Assembly: GCF_963676685.1 (NCBI RefSeq)
Contig: NC_092353.1
Span: 68,014,001 to 68,078,000 of the forward strand
Reading direction: 5' to 3'
DNA length: 64,000 nt
DNA from: Mytilus edulis
Taxonomy: Eukaryota
The notes under the pieces were generated by a model. That model was not told the DNA's origin. It did not search any database and saw only the letters and a list, made by a program, of their open reading frames with translations. This document shows positions 11,901-26,900 of this stretch, one piece after another. Position 1 is the first letter of the stretch; each line of letters opens with the position of its first letter. Both the position numbers and the translations under genes were made by a program.

Positions 11901-14900
11901 TACAAATGGTAGCGTTTCAATGCAGTCCTCTGTCAACTCCAGATGGCATTGTTGGAACTTTTAACCAGTGTGCTTCATACCAGATGGACAAAGATCTTGA
12001 CAGATTTGTCTCCGTGGTTGTGTTAGATGAGATAGGTCTAGCAGAAGACTCACCAAGAATGCCTTTAAAGGTAATTATGCCTTGTTTTATATTCAAAAGA
12101 ATTCTTTACTCACTTGAATTTATTCGCTTCTTCTGTTTTTTGGGACAAATGAATGGAACATTAGTGGCATTTAAAAAAGATGTTCTAGTCAAGTATTTTG
12201 TAATTTGACTAATTTGGAATTCGAAGATAATTTTAAATTTCGATTTTTTTGGTTAAAAAAAACTCAACGGGTATTGCTTAAATCAGTACACATTCATTTA
12301 ACTTTGTTAGAAATAATCTGTTCACATTAATCGGTTAACTGCAGGCTGACAATTACCCCAAAATGTCATTTTTGTAAACGTGATGCCTAGAAAAATCGTG
12401 TTCCTTTGTAAGATGTTCACCTTTTATCTTATATATAGTTTTTTATAACAAAATTTGGAAGTGATGCTATAAGAACATAGACCAATAATGTGCATCGGCA
12501 GAAAAAAATTTGTATGGCTACTCGTCCATTACTCTTGACACACTTATACCTTTACCATGTTTACATCAAGAGGGAGAAAAGTATTGTTGGTTTTATAAAA
12601 AAACATACATTTGGGATCATTTTACGTAGAAATTGAGCAGACACACTGATATGATATAACGCTTAATGTAAAGTGTCAGTAAATGGGCTATGCCACTATT
12701 TGTTTTAAATTTACGCTACGCCTTTGGCGAGCAACTGAATATTTCAAATGTGATACATGATGTAAATGCCAAATCAAGGACTTTGAGCACGATTAAATTT
12801 GAATCAAATGATAGAAAATGATGTCAGTGTCACTTTGTGTCTGTTGTTATATAGTTTATGTTATTACTATTAATTGACTTCATGACGTACTAGAGATTAA
12901 TGAAACTCTTACATTTTGCAATGTTGAATCTTTTGGAACATTTTTATCTAGGGACAATATTTTGTTTGGTTTAAGTACACTATTATTATTTTGAATATGT
13001 CAAGCTTTTTTGTCAGAGTGAACAAGACAATTTAAAAATGATATGTGTACTTTTATTTACAACCTTATTTTTTTACGTAGACTCTCCATCCACTGTTAGA
13101 AGATGGATGTACCGACAATGAGGAGCCAGCAGCTTACAAGAAGGTAAATCTCATCAAAAGATAACCACTGATAATTTTGTACTCCAGACCTGCGAATCAA
13201 AACATGAGGGTGGATACAAACAAATTCATAATAGCATAAATGAACATCTAATGTATAAAAATAAATATCAATGCGAATTTGTTACATATCATCAAATAAT
13301 CCCTATATGTATAACGGGGTTCGAACTCACAATCTCAATGTTTACAGAATCGACAACAGGTATCCGTAAATAATCTGGGAGAACATAAAAATGTATTTGT
13401 TCATTTGTCATTCTTTCCATCCCTATGTCAGTCCATCTGTTCTGCTGCACGCGGTTCTGAAATGATAACTTGATTATTTCCGTTTTTACATTGTTTTACT
13501 GGAATTTAACTAGTATATGAAACAGATTCTTTCTAAGGGTCAAAGTTAAAATCCAAAGCAAACGTATCGTTGTGTGTTTGTTTTTTCTACATGTATAGGT
13601 GAAAGGTTGAGATCCCAAAAAACCTGTTTAACCCCGCAACAATTTTACGCCTGTCCTAAGTCAGGAGCCTTTGGCCTTAGTTCATCTTGTATAATCACTG
13701 AACTAGTATACATAAATATAAGAAGATGTGGTGTGAGTGCCAACGAGACAAATCTCCATCCAAATAACAATTTATAAAAGTAAACCATATTTGTTAAGGG
13801 GCCAGCTGAAGGACGCCTCCGGGTGCGGGTGTTTTTTGCTTCTTTTTTTTTTTACCCATTGGTGGCCTTTGGCTGTTGTCTGCTCTATGGTCGGTTGTTG
13901 TCTCTTTGGCACGTTCCCAATTTCCATTCTCAATTTGATCAATGATTACAAAATACAAAAAATTAAGAAAAACAATCTGAATTTTACTTACCTTCCTAAA
14001 TTGCTTAATTTAAACTTTACCGATGGAAGATACAGTAGAGAGAAATATTGATTAATTTAACTCCAATGAGTCAAAAAGAAGGTTCATCATACTGAAATAA
14101 AGTTTTTGAGTTTTTTGATGATAGCTTAAGACTCTATTAATTGATTGCATTGCAACCTATGCAGATTGAAGGAAGATATACATCAGGGTAGAAGCTATTT
14201 CTCTGTTTCTAAAAAGAATATTAGAGTTAATTGTGGGATTGTATTTGATTTTGCCATTTGATGAGGGATCGACTTTCAGTTTTGAATTTTCCTCGGAGTT
14301 TAGTATTTTTGTGATTTTACTTTTTAGTAGTGTTTTAAAAAAACTGCGAAAGACATATAGTTCGTTGTTTAATGTCAGTAAAACGTATATGATGTTTATT
14401 ATTTTTTTCATTAATTCATTTGTTGACTTGTTATCATATTTTAGGTTGCATTTATTGGAATTTCAAACTGGGCATTAGATCCTGCTAAAATGAACAGAGG
14501 AATTCTTGTTCAGAGAGAAGTTCCAGATAAAGAAGAATTGATCAACACTGCTTTGTAATATTTTAGTTTTGTTTGTAGTTTATTAATGTATTACTCTCAT
14601 TGTACATTTTGATATTAGGTTCTAGAGCAAGATATTGATCTTTCAATTTCAAACAAAAATGTAAACTATGTGTTCACTACGATTTGTTATAATTGTTGAA
14701 CACAAAAACCAAACGATCAGGCGAGTTTGATATCTTGTAGTTTTATTTTGAGTAAAATTTACAAATTTTAATGATCTTCGGTTTATTATAGTTTAAAGAT
14801 TAGTTCAACCATTATTATCGATTAAAAGATAATTCATCCGAATTAGGCAAAAACAAAGCAGACTTTGCTACAATTGATGAAAATTGCAAATACCAAGTTT

Positions 14901-17900
14901 GAAAAAAAATATCGTTCAATGTATTTGGACGATCTTTAAAGTCGATATAAATAGTTAATGAACTAAAAGATGGGGAAAGGACAAACCTGTTATGTTATGC
15001 ACTGATGAAATTTATAAAAAAAATTGCAAATCATCGAAGTTAACATTAAGTTTTTGAACCCTTTGTTTACTTTTTATGAAAATTACATTGTTGATATATC
15101 AAATAGAAAAACCACTACCGCAATAAACCAATAAAATAAGAATCCGTTTCCAATAAAAAAAAAAGAGTTCTATTATGTTTCAATGTAGAGTGTAGTCTTT
15201 GTAATTGGAACTCAAGAATATAACCATAAAAGAAGGACGAAAGATACCAGAGGGACAGTCAAACTCATAAATCGAAAATAAACTGACAACGCCATGGCTA
15301 AAAATGAAAAAGACAAACAGACAAACAATAGTACACATGATACAAAATAGAAAACTAAAGAATAAGCAACACGAACCCGACCATAACATGATTGGCGCGA
15401 TTTCCAAATTTTGCAAATGGGTGAATGCTCTCTCTTTGTATTAACAAATCAAATGCTTTGTGCCAAATATTTTTTTTTGGCTTTTAAACATAGTTACTTC
15501 TTTCCCAGACTCGTATACAAATACGCAACACTGGCAGAAGAGAACATCTTCAAACCTTAAATAAAATAATTCTATTATTAAAAGGAGAGCACTATAAATT
15601 GTTTTTTGTTTATTGATTATAGTGGTATTTGTTCATCAGACGAGGATGTGCAATCCCTTTTAGGCCCAATGATTGCTCCAATGGCTGTCTCATATTTACA
15701 GTTATTTGCTGAAGCGTCAAAGGAAATGCGAGAATTTTTTGGATTGAGAGATTTTTACAGGTGAGTTCAAAATTTTATCATTTATATCACATTGTTTCAT
15801 TTGATATTGACACCCATTGTATTGTTGGATATCATTAAAACACTTTTTGCTTGTCAAGATACATTTTCTTTAGATAAGGCAAAGTCAATTCCTATTAACA
15901 TGATATAAATCTGAAAAGAATGATTAAATAAAAGTAATTTTTAAATAATTTTACTGTATGCAATACAGTTATAAGTTGAGTACATTTAACTTATACGTCG
16001 ACTCTTGCTTATTATACAAGGTACAAGTAAAATTATTTAAGGTGGTATAGGATTATAAATTTAAAATGAATTTGTTCATACTTTGCCAAAACGTATTATA
16101 TATACCGCGCATTTTCTAACGCTACTGATTGTGACAAAATGAGACATGTTGTATGGATTATACAGAAAAAAACACCATTATTTGATTTGAAGCTGATAGA
16201 ATTATAAAATAAAATACTAGAAGACAGCTAATAATGCTCTAAGAAAAATTTGAACACCGTACGTTTTTTCCCCGGCTAAAATACAAGAACTCAAAATTCC
16301 ATAAAAATAGCTTTAGAATATGCACTATTTCAGAGATATCTTCACTTATGGCCAATTTTAAAACTTTAAAAATCAAGCAAAAATAATCAACACTTGTAAA
16401 AATATTAACATTTATAAGTTATAATCTTGTACATTTGTACCTTTTAAATGAAAATTCACATTAGTTGTCTGCTTTCCTGCATCGAATTATGCTAACTTGA
16501 TTGAAAATCTTGACTTTAGGTTCTATGTTTTTTTACAATCCAAGATGGCGAAAGACACCAATACCACCTCAAGAATTGAAGTTTCTTTTTGTAAAGTTAT
16601 TGGACTGTAAAAGTGTGACAGAAGTACATTTTTTAAGAAGCACCGAAGTGCTTCATATTAAAATCTGAAAGTCCCTTACAAACTCAAAAGCTCGAACATA
16701 TCAAACGAATGGATAACAACTGTCATGTTCCTGACTTGGTACAGATATTTTAGTCATGTAGAAAATGGTGAATCAAACCTTGTTTCATAGCCTGTAAAAA
16801 AAACCTAATGGAACGACAGTCAAAACCTACGCTGAGGGATATTGTTTCAAAAATGCAGACCATACATTATTAAGCAAAAATTGGAAACATTTCAGAAAAA
16901 AACCCACAAAACAGGCCAAAACATTTCACACAAAGTGAAGTTGAAATCATCGCTTCTAACATTTTCGGACGCCATAACGAGTTGGTTGACCATTAATGAA
17001 TATAGATAGTGGATAACTACAACCACGTCCCCTTTTCACCAAAATGGCCTACCGAGTTAGACTTGTTACTGGGTTTGTATAAACATAAGGGACACAACGG
17101 GTGCCACGTGTACAGCAGGATCTTCCGGCTAACCTTAGATCAGCCCTAGTTTTTGTTGGGGTTCGTGTTGCTCAGTTTTTAGCTTTCTATGATGTGTTTT
17201 GAGTACTATTGACTGTCTGTGATTCTTTTTAGAACCATTTCGTTGTTTGTGTTCTACATATTTTTCTTCTCTTTTTTAAGTTAAATTACATGACCACTAT
17301 AAAACACTTTACGGATCGTGTGTTGTTTTTAATGTAAAAGCCTCGTTCGTTTGAAAATTACTTGTTTACACTACCAAGTACATTCTTCGACTTGTCTTTT
17401 TTGTATTCTACAGTTTGATAAAGATGCTGTATGGTTTTGTGTCAAGATCAAGAGAGAAACCAACCCTCTTTCAGTTGAAACACTCAGTTCTTCGAAATTT
17501 TGGAGGTCTTGAAGTAGTTGATCCAGTAGCGATATTTCTAAACAACCTTTCCTCTCAAATGGACGGAAATGAACAAGTACGTGAAAGATCTTGTCAGAAA
17601 TTATTTCGTAAAGCCTAAAAATTAGTATAATAACTTTGATACACAACTGAAAGCTTTTTTTTAAAACAAATTTGATATATTAAAATATTTAACTTAGTTT
17701 CTATTTCGTATAGATTTGAATTGATTTTTTTTCACGGATTGAATTTTCTTCCAGAATTGCTTTCGTAATAAATAACCTGTGTTTCATGATAACCAAAACG
17801 TGCATTGAATGACATTAATTTTTAAATTTCAGAAAAGATCAACTGATCCAGAATGTTCATCTTCTGGTATGATTCAATCATGTTTGAAAGGAGACGATAG

Positions 17901-20900
17901 TACATTTAGGTAGGGCCAAAGTTATTCAATAACAAAAGCGTTCAAATAATGGATACAACAATGTAAAAATTTCATGCATCCGAACCGTTTTCTTTCGTTA
18001 ACTTCACCATCTCTGAAACGCTTGAAAGCAGATGTATAAGAACTGAAACAGTTGAATTGTATTCTACTTTAAGTAATCACTAGAATATGTTGAAGCACTT
18101 TGAAACTTTTAAGATTTTGTAATTTTGTAATTAATTATACAGCCCCCAAAATATGGTATTGCTTGCTCTACAAGCCTCAACAGAAAATGGATTTAAGTGC
18201 TGCAAAAACTATCCCATATGAAATATTATTATGCCCATACCAAAACTGGAAAAATTGACAGTTTTATTAATAATTCACGATTTTAAAAGAATAAGCATTA
18301 TTTGTATGTACCGTTAAATACTATTCGGAAAAACTTCGCAAAAATTGACAAGTTAAACGATATTTATTCATCATTATAATTTTTCGAAAAGCAAAGTGTT
18401 TTCCTTTTTCATTCATGATATCTTTTGTTTCAACAGTGAAAGTAGGTATTTGTTGCTGCTAGTTGAAAACTATGGAGCACTGGCTATTTTGCAGCAGGAA
18501 CTCCTGGCCATTAACAATGTTGTTGTCATTTTTGGAAGTAGCTTCCCAAGTGACCAAGAGTATACACAGGTATAACAAAACATTTATATCACGACTAGAT
18601 GATAAGCCTATCCCATTACATGATTTAAAATACACACTTTAGAAAAAAAAAAAGCTAGCCGTTTTATTTATGAATGGTGCTTATCAGTTTATAGATTAAA
18701 AAGTGTTTAAGCTTTCACACACGTTCAATTCTTAATAGATTTTATTGAAAATCATATAAAAGAATAATGATTGGTAAAAGGAGTGTCTCGGAAATGTTTA
18801 AATATGAGAGACTATCAACTACTTGTTTTTTAAGATTTATTATAATGTCCAATTGTCAAAACATTGACTCAAATTGATGATACTAATGCAATGATTACCA
18901 TGATAACATTCTGAAATTAAACTATTTTGATAGGTGTGTCGCAATATCAATCGAATCAAAGTATGTATGGAGACTGGCAGTACTGCTGTTTTATTAAATT
19001 TGGAAAACTTGTATGAAAGTCTTTATGACGCATTGAATCAAGCAAGTATCAATATGGATTATTTCTACTCTTTTAATACATCTACCAATTTATTCCGTGT
19101 TTTATCATTTCTTATCTTTGTAAACATCATTATGTGAACTGATAAAGAATATCCAAATATACATGTACTAACAATAGGGATGGGTCTCAATAAATAATAC
19201 GTCTTCCACCTTAACAGAACAGATTGACGATTCAGGGTACAATACTTAAATAAACAAATTAATGTAACCCGCGACATAGATACATTGGACAGTTATGTCA
19301 GGTCATTTCGAATCCGACCTTTCGATGTTCAACTGTACATTTTTTGCGCCTGTTCCAAGTCAGAAGCCTCTGGCCTTTGTTAGTCTTGTATTATTTCAAC
19401 TTTTAGTTTCTTGTGTACAATTTGGAGTTTATTATGGTGTTCATTATCACTGAAGTAGTATACATATTTGTTAAGGGGCCAGCTGAAGGACGCCTCCGGG
19501 TGCGGAAATTTTTCGCTGCATTGAAGACCTGTTGGTGACATATTGCTGTTGTCTGCTCTATGATCGGGTTGTTGTCTCTTTGACACATTCCCAATTTCCA
19601 TTCTCAATTTTATTTGAATCATTACGTGGGTATTTGAACTCATTTCCTTTCCTTAAGAATCAATTGAGAAAATGTTAACTTGTAGACATATAGATCAGTA
19701 TATAAAGAATACAGTAGAAGTTTCTGCTTAATTCATTCGTAACTATCTTCCTGAGAATTAACCACTGAATGCAACGTAAAGAAACCAATATATGTGTGGT
19801 GCCCCATAAAAGACGTTTCGTTTAGTATTATTTGTTGATATCTGTATAATTGACGTATACGTTACTTCTCTGTATATTTATTTGATATATGATTATGCTA
19901 AATGGTTTATTGATTCAAAAAAGAAAACAATGGACGATGAAGTGGTAATTACTATACATCTACCTCCTTTTAAAAAAAGTCCTGCTTTCAATTTCAGTAT
20001 TATGTTGAGTTTGGAGACGAACGATATGTTGATCTTGGACTAGGCTCTCATAGAGTTAAATGTCGCGTACACCGGAAATTCAGGTATTTGAAACAAGAGA
20101 CTTACTGGTAATTTTAAATGTTGCTAAAATATGCTTCAAATGAAGCTCATTTTTTGCCTAGCTATTTAACTGACATTAGCATAATTTAGGGATTAACGAT
20201 TACATTTGCACTATTGAAAATATTTATAAAAAACACATTTAAGAACCTCCAAATAATCCGAAGTAGAAATATTCATGCACAAAGAATAGTAAAGGATCTC
20301 GTTTACCAACGCAATAAAATCGTAATTTTTTTCACTGATAATGCACTGAAAAATTGATCAAGCATATGTTCAATGTCCAATTGTAGTTCATACATATTTT
20401 CAAAAGTTCCTCATTCCTGACATCTGCAAAAATTTGGACTAGAGTTTGCTTGTTAAAATAGAGATTGTAAACAAATACAATGATCAAGGGGAGTCTTCCT
20501 AGATCTGCAAAAACTTACAAATTTTAATGCGAATAATTTCAAATGGAGTCATTAGATATAGGAAGATGTGGTGTGAGTGCCAATGAGACAACTCTCCATA
20601 CAAATAACAATTTAAAAAGTAAACCATTATAGGTTAAAGTACGGCCTTCAACACGGAGCCTTAGCTCACACCGAACAACAAGCTATAAAGGGCCCCAAAA
20701 TTACTAGTGTAAAACCATTCAAACGGGAAAACCAACGGTCTAATCTATATAAACAAAACGAGAAACGAGAAACACGTATATATTACATAAACAAACGACA
20801 ACTACTGTACATCAGATTCCTATCAACGAAATGTAATTAAAGTTTTTTTTTATAATTACGACCAGCTCTTATATTCGCTCTAAATTGTGTTACATAGCCA

Positions 20901-23900
20901 TCCATAGGAGATATGTCAGAGTTGTAAGTCAAATTTTGTCAAAAAAGATTACAACATCTATAAAAATACACCTTTACTCGATGTATCACATTTTAACGCT
21001 ATGGTAGATAAAATTTTACGTTTGCGATGTTATTACCTTCCCTGTGACTGTATCTGTATCATGTGCACTTAAATACCTAGAATATTTTGCATCTGATGAA
21101 AATATAATGGCCATTCGTTATGATATCTCCTTAGATGATTTTCTTTTTCAATATCTTTTTGACTCATTACAAATATTAATGGCAAATTGGCCGGTCAATT
21201 ACACTTGGAATAAGAGTAAAAAACTCACAAACTTTAAATGAAAGGATTCTATTTTTTGATTGTATGAATAATAAAATCTACTTTAGAAAAACATGTTATG
21301 ATATTACTCGCAAAAAGGAACATATATCCCTGTTTTTGTTGTGTTTCGTGTTTTGCTCAGTCGTTAGTATAAGTTGTGTTTATCGTTATGTATCCGAATG
21401 TCTATCTGGTATCTTAAAACACTCCCCATGCAACCTGATATAATATTCCTATTAAATGGCATGAAAAGTGTCAAACTAGGACTGTTTGTATTATCCATTG
21501 AATAATTTATCTTTTCAGACTAATAGTTGTGGCAGAAAAGCAAATTGTGTATTCAAAATTTCCAATTCCGCTGATTAATCGACTGGAGAAACATTTTTTG
21601 TCCATGACGACAATGTTAACTACCCGTCAATTGCATTTAAGCAGACAACTTCTGGAATGGTCAGGAACGTTTTGTGAGGAAAGATCATTTGTACACAGGT
21701 ATGTTATATGTTTGTTTATGTCGCTTTAATTTTAAATAAATTTATTTGCTTGGTTCCAAAGTGAAGCAGTTAACAGTTTTTTTAAATTAACATAATTAAT
21801 TATCATTTGTTATATCAGCATTCATTTAAAACGGATTTGCGTGTAATTTTAAAACTACTTTAGTACTGTAAAGGTGTTTACATTGACTTTTTTTTTTTAT
21901 TTAACCTTGGGACTTTGTATTTTTATTATACCTGTTTGACTAAGATTATGTTATAGTGTCACAGTTAAGTTGTTTTCTCCGGGAGCTCTATCTTCCAGTA
22001 CCAATAAAACATACTCTAAAACATAATAAAATCAATCAAAGTTCTCCTAATCAAATAGCTTAAGGGCATACGATACAGTTTTGATCCCGTATTAACATTT
22101 TGATAAAACAAATTCCATATAGACTATTTTTTACCTGATGAAATCAAATATGTAATAAAAAATATACCTTCATGAGCTACTTTTTCAGTAAACTGGGGTT
22201 GAAAATTTGTATGTTTGCTTAAAATTCGGATTTGTGGCAATATTTTCTCTTTCAAAAGAAAGACCTAACTTTTTTGTTGTAAAAGATAAACACAAATTGT
22301 GTTTTGTTAGATAAATTGTATTGTCTGTATTTTATAAGTATCCTAACAATTTATACATTTTTTATTCAGAAATAACTCTTCTTTATCAAATGTTCATGAA
22401 TGTAGAAAAAAAACATCATTTTTTGTTGTATATTTATCAAATTTAAAAACATTGCACTATTTACGTTTTCATGAAAATTGGCGCACATAATCTTCTCGCG
22501 TAACCAAACCAAATGGCATTTAAAAAAACAGGGGTCCATGAACTCGTTTTCAAGTTAAATAAGTTTGAATGATAAAAATCAGTCGAAAACTGAATCTTTT
22601 CCCGATAAGTCATAGTTTGACGTCGCGAAAATAACAATTTACGTCAGCAACGTCAAAACCTCCCCTGTAACTGTATCGTATGCCCTTAATATTGATTTAC
22701 TACACTAGTTTTCATAAGGGTCAACGGTCGTAAGATCAGAGTGAAATTGCCCAACTGTAGGTTAAAATCAAAAATCCGAATAGAACACTTTGAAACCAAC
22801 ATAAAGTATTCTCAATCTGAAAAAGGTAGATTTTTTATTGACGGTTAACCTATTTGTTAAGTTTGAAGGACGATTTCAATAGGTAATCAACATTCTCATT
22901 AGAACCAACCGTGTACCTCTGTTTGAGGATATTTACCTCAATTATTATGATGATGACTTCATCAAAGCTTCTCAGAACAAATGATAAGTGGCTGGAATTA
23001 TACATTAACTCCATTTTACGCTTTAGAAGTAACGCATGTCCTTTCACTAAATAAATCAAAGTATAGGTACCATATTGACTTCATTTAACAAAATTAAGTT
23101 GAAATAAAGTATGTCATATGTACAGCCTTTTATATTGAATAACATCTGCAAAAGTTTAAGAACTTATCTCTGAGTTGATAAAAGATTCCAGGGCTTGTGA
23201 TTCATTATTTTCTTAACAGAGAGCATTTTGATAAGGTAAACGTATAAAGCAAAATACCATATAAGTATTTAACTTGACGAAGCCACAATCCCGTCTTTAT
23301 TTCCTCAGTTGTGACATAATATATGCGACATTAAAACGGAATTAACAATTCATAAGCAACATATTTAGCTGGGAATGCTAAATCTGCGGCCATCCTGATT
23401 TTACTCACGTTTCTTGACAGGGGATCGGGTTGCTGCTTGTTGTGTTATGATTGGTACGTTCTTCGTCATTTTGTAGTTTTATTGTTTAAACTATGGTGTT
23501 GTTGATTTTATTGGACCCTCGATTACTCCCTTGAAATTTTCTCTAATTTATCTCATTCTATTATCCGATTCAAAAGCAAATCAATTGTTTTGTGTAGACA
23601 TGCTCGACTATGTTTAGTTTATACAATTTATAGTAACAAGGGAAAATCAATTAGTATTCATTGTACACAATGCATTAATGGATTCTTACGATTGATAATT
23701 AATTAATAATTAATAAAAGCCTGTGTTTTGCGTGAAAAGGACTACATTTGTAATTTCGGATATTGTCAAATTTGAAACATATAAAACCTTCAACAGATCG
23801 GGAACTCTACCTTATATGGCAATGCATAAATTGCACATGGTAATTGTTTGTTTACGTGTAACGCAGTTTATTTTTACCTGGGTTTTTGACCAATCCACTG

Positions 23901-26900
23901 AAAAAGTAACAATGCATGATGGAGTAAGACGTGATTACAATCAAACAAGAACACGTGTTTTTTACTGAAATACAACACATTTTTTCGTGCAATGCGGAAT
24001 TAACAATTTTGCTTAAATTTTCGTTTTTTGTATCCACATTTATAGTTAGTGATATAAAGTATTCGTTCCATGCTCAGATTAAGGAATTGTTATTTCTATG
24101 CGAAGAAACAAGTGTTTGAATTACACAATATATATCCATAAATATGTTGGGTGTTGACACGGAGATTTTATGTATTCGTCCACCGGACATCAACAAAACA
24201 ACAGTGATAAACACAATTACCCATTAGACAAACTTAGTTTAGTAGATTGCGTCTTTGATGGAAAGAGATGTCATTTGACACTCATACCTTATCTTCTTCT
24301 TTTTATATACAAAGCACGTTTTCAGAAAACTTAAAATGTAATATATCATCCAATATGATCCACAGGGTTTAGATGATTTTAGATATTGCACATACGTCAA
24401 TAGGACAGCAGCCGAACGATAAAAATACCAGTGAGGTATATTTTGGGATAAAATACGCAACCGACGGACTTTATCAATGGATGAAACTATACAAAATGTG
24501 TTTAACCAATACCGTACAAAATTGAGAATGGAAATAGGAATGAGTCAAAGAAACAACATCTTAACCATATAGAACAGACAGCAGACGAAGGCCACCAATG
24601 GGTCTTCAATACAGCAAGAATCTCCGCACCCAGAGGAGTCCTTTAGCTGGCACAAATATGTATATTAGTTCAGTGACAATGGACGTCATACTAAACTCCG
24701 AATTATACACAAGAAACTAATATTGAAATCAGTCAAGAATATCAAAGGCCAGAGGCTCCTGACTTGGGATAGGCCAAATCATGCAGCGAGGTTGAACACT
24801 TTTTGAGATCTCAACCCTCCCCCTATACATCCAAAGTAGTAAAAAAAAAACACATAGCAATATGCACTGTAAAACTCAGTTAAAGAGAAGTCCGAGTAAG
24901 AAAAGGTAACAAAAGAAACTAAACAAAATGACAATAATACATAGATTAACAAAGGACTACAAGCAGTTACTTACATGCCAGCTCCAGACCTAAAATACAG
25001 CTGATTTTATTGAGTGTGTAATGAAAGGTAGAATCCTTGGTTAGTTGGCTTGTTACAATGTAGCTGAACCGTAAAGTCGTTATCATGTAAGGTATACTAC
25101 ACTTCTTCCGAATTAGTCTAAACTTTTGTTATGCAAAATTATAGTTGACTGAGATTGAATTTTTTCATTCATTATTTCAAGGGAAAATTATTAGCTTAAA
25201 TTTGATCGCACTGAACTCAGTGTTTTGCAAGAAAAACCTTAATTTTATAATTTTAAATATTTTCAAATTTTGAACCTTTATTATTAATTTAGTATCATTT
25301 CTCAAATTCCGTTCTCAAATTTCATTGATTTAAAATGAATTTTATAATCCATTTCTTAACGTGTTTCCTTTCAGAAGTAAAAAACAAAGAGAGATAGGTG
25401 AAGCCTTTATTGGATATCATCCAGACACTTGTCCTACAATTATCAAAAAGGTTACACAATATTCAGAAATCGATGATGATAATGAATCTTTCAAGAATGA
25501 AGAAGAGGTAATGTATTCTAGTTGGTGCTTAAAAACAAATAAAAAAGGGGACGACTTCCAAATAACTATTTTCTTTTCTTGTAACAGATACCAGTTGGTA
25601 GAAAACCTGCGATGTATAAGACAAGAGAGACTGTCGTTCGCTTGATAAACACTTGTCAATAAAAAAAATAAGTAAAATTCACAGATATGCAATGTAATGT
25701 TTTTGTTATTGTTTAGCCTATATTCAAAGGATATAAAAATAATCGAGGGGAGAACAAACAAGAATGTGTCCTCAGTACACGAATGCCCCACTCGCACTAT
25801 CATTTTCCATGTTCAGTGGACCGTGAAATCGGGGTAAAAACTCTAATTTGGCATTAAAATTAGAAAGATCATATCATAGGGGACATGTGTACTAAGTTTG
25901 AAGTCGATTAGACTTAAACTTCATCAAAAACTACCTTGACCAAAAACTTTAACCTGAAGCGGGACAGACGGACGGACGAACGAACGGACAGACGGACGGA
26001 CGAACGAACGGACGGACGGACGCACAGACCAGAAAACATAATGCCCCTCTACTATCGTAGGTGGGGCATAAAAATTGTTTACACATATAAAAATAAATCA
26101 TAAGATTTAATATATAAATTCTGATTCCCGTGAAATACCTTCCATTCATATATCAATATTTTTTTTTCAGATGTAAACATAATGGCAACTAATTGTCATT
26201 TCCCTGGTTGTTTTTGCTACATAATATTTTAAAGTTTTCTCTATCTAGATTCTTCAGGAGCAAAGTCAATGATGTTATGGTGTGCAACACCTGCTGCAAT
26301 ACTACAAGCCGGAAATGATGAAGATATAAAAAAGTATTTCACAGAGCAACAACATGACAGCTTGACTGATTACATCAGCAATAGAATGTTATTAGATGAT
26401 TCATCACGCTTTATTCAGGTGATAACTTCAATTTGCTGTAATAGGAACATTACATGTTTTCTTTAATTCTTGATTTTTTAGTTAAATTAACTAATGAAGA
26501 CCTTTCGTTCACACATCTCATTGATATGGATGTAATTAAAGTTTTGGGTAAACGTCATTAAGAACGAAAGAAAACGACAAAAATGCAGATACAATATAGT
26601 ATAGGTTTTTTTTAACAGTCTCTATTTTGAAATACATTAAGCAGGAACAATTGCCTTTATATAATATCTGCGGCCAAGATCTTATACTCTATTTGATGAT
26701 ATACAACAATTTTTTTTAGATAGGTGAAAAAATATTTCGTAAGCCTATCACCTTAATTACAATCGACAGACTTATAATTGTTGTAAGAAATAATTTTGAA
26801 ATTGAAGAAGGAAAACACTCAAGTTTATTGTTACTGATTTTAAAATCTGTATATGTAAAGTTATTATCTATTACTAATGATTGTTACCAAGATTGTAATT

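Noticed and set aside
26171-26180. Alternative acceptor (tttttttcag|ATGTAA) to rescue the exon 19 frame
   Set aside because: It gives an immediate stop codon or the wrong phase.
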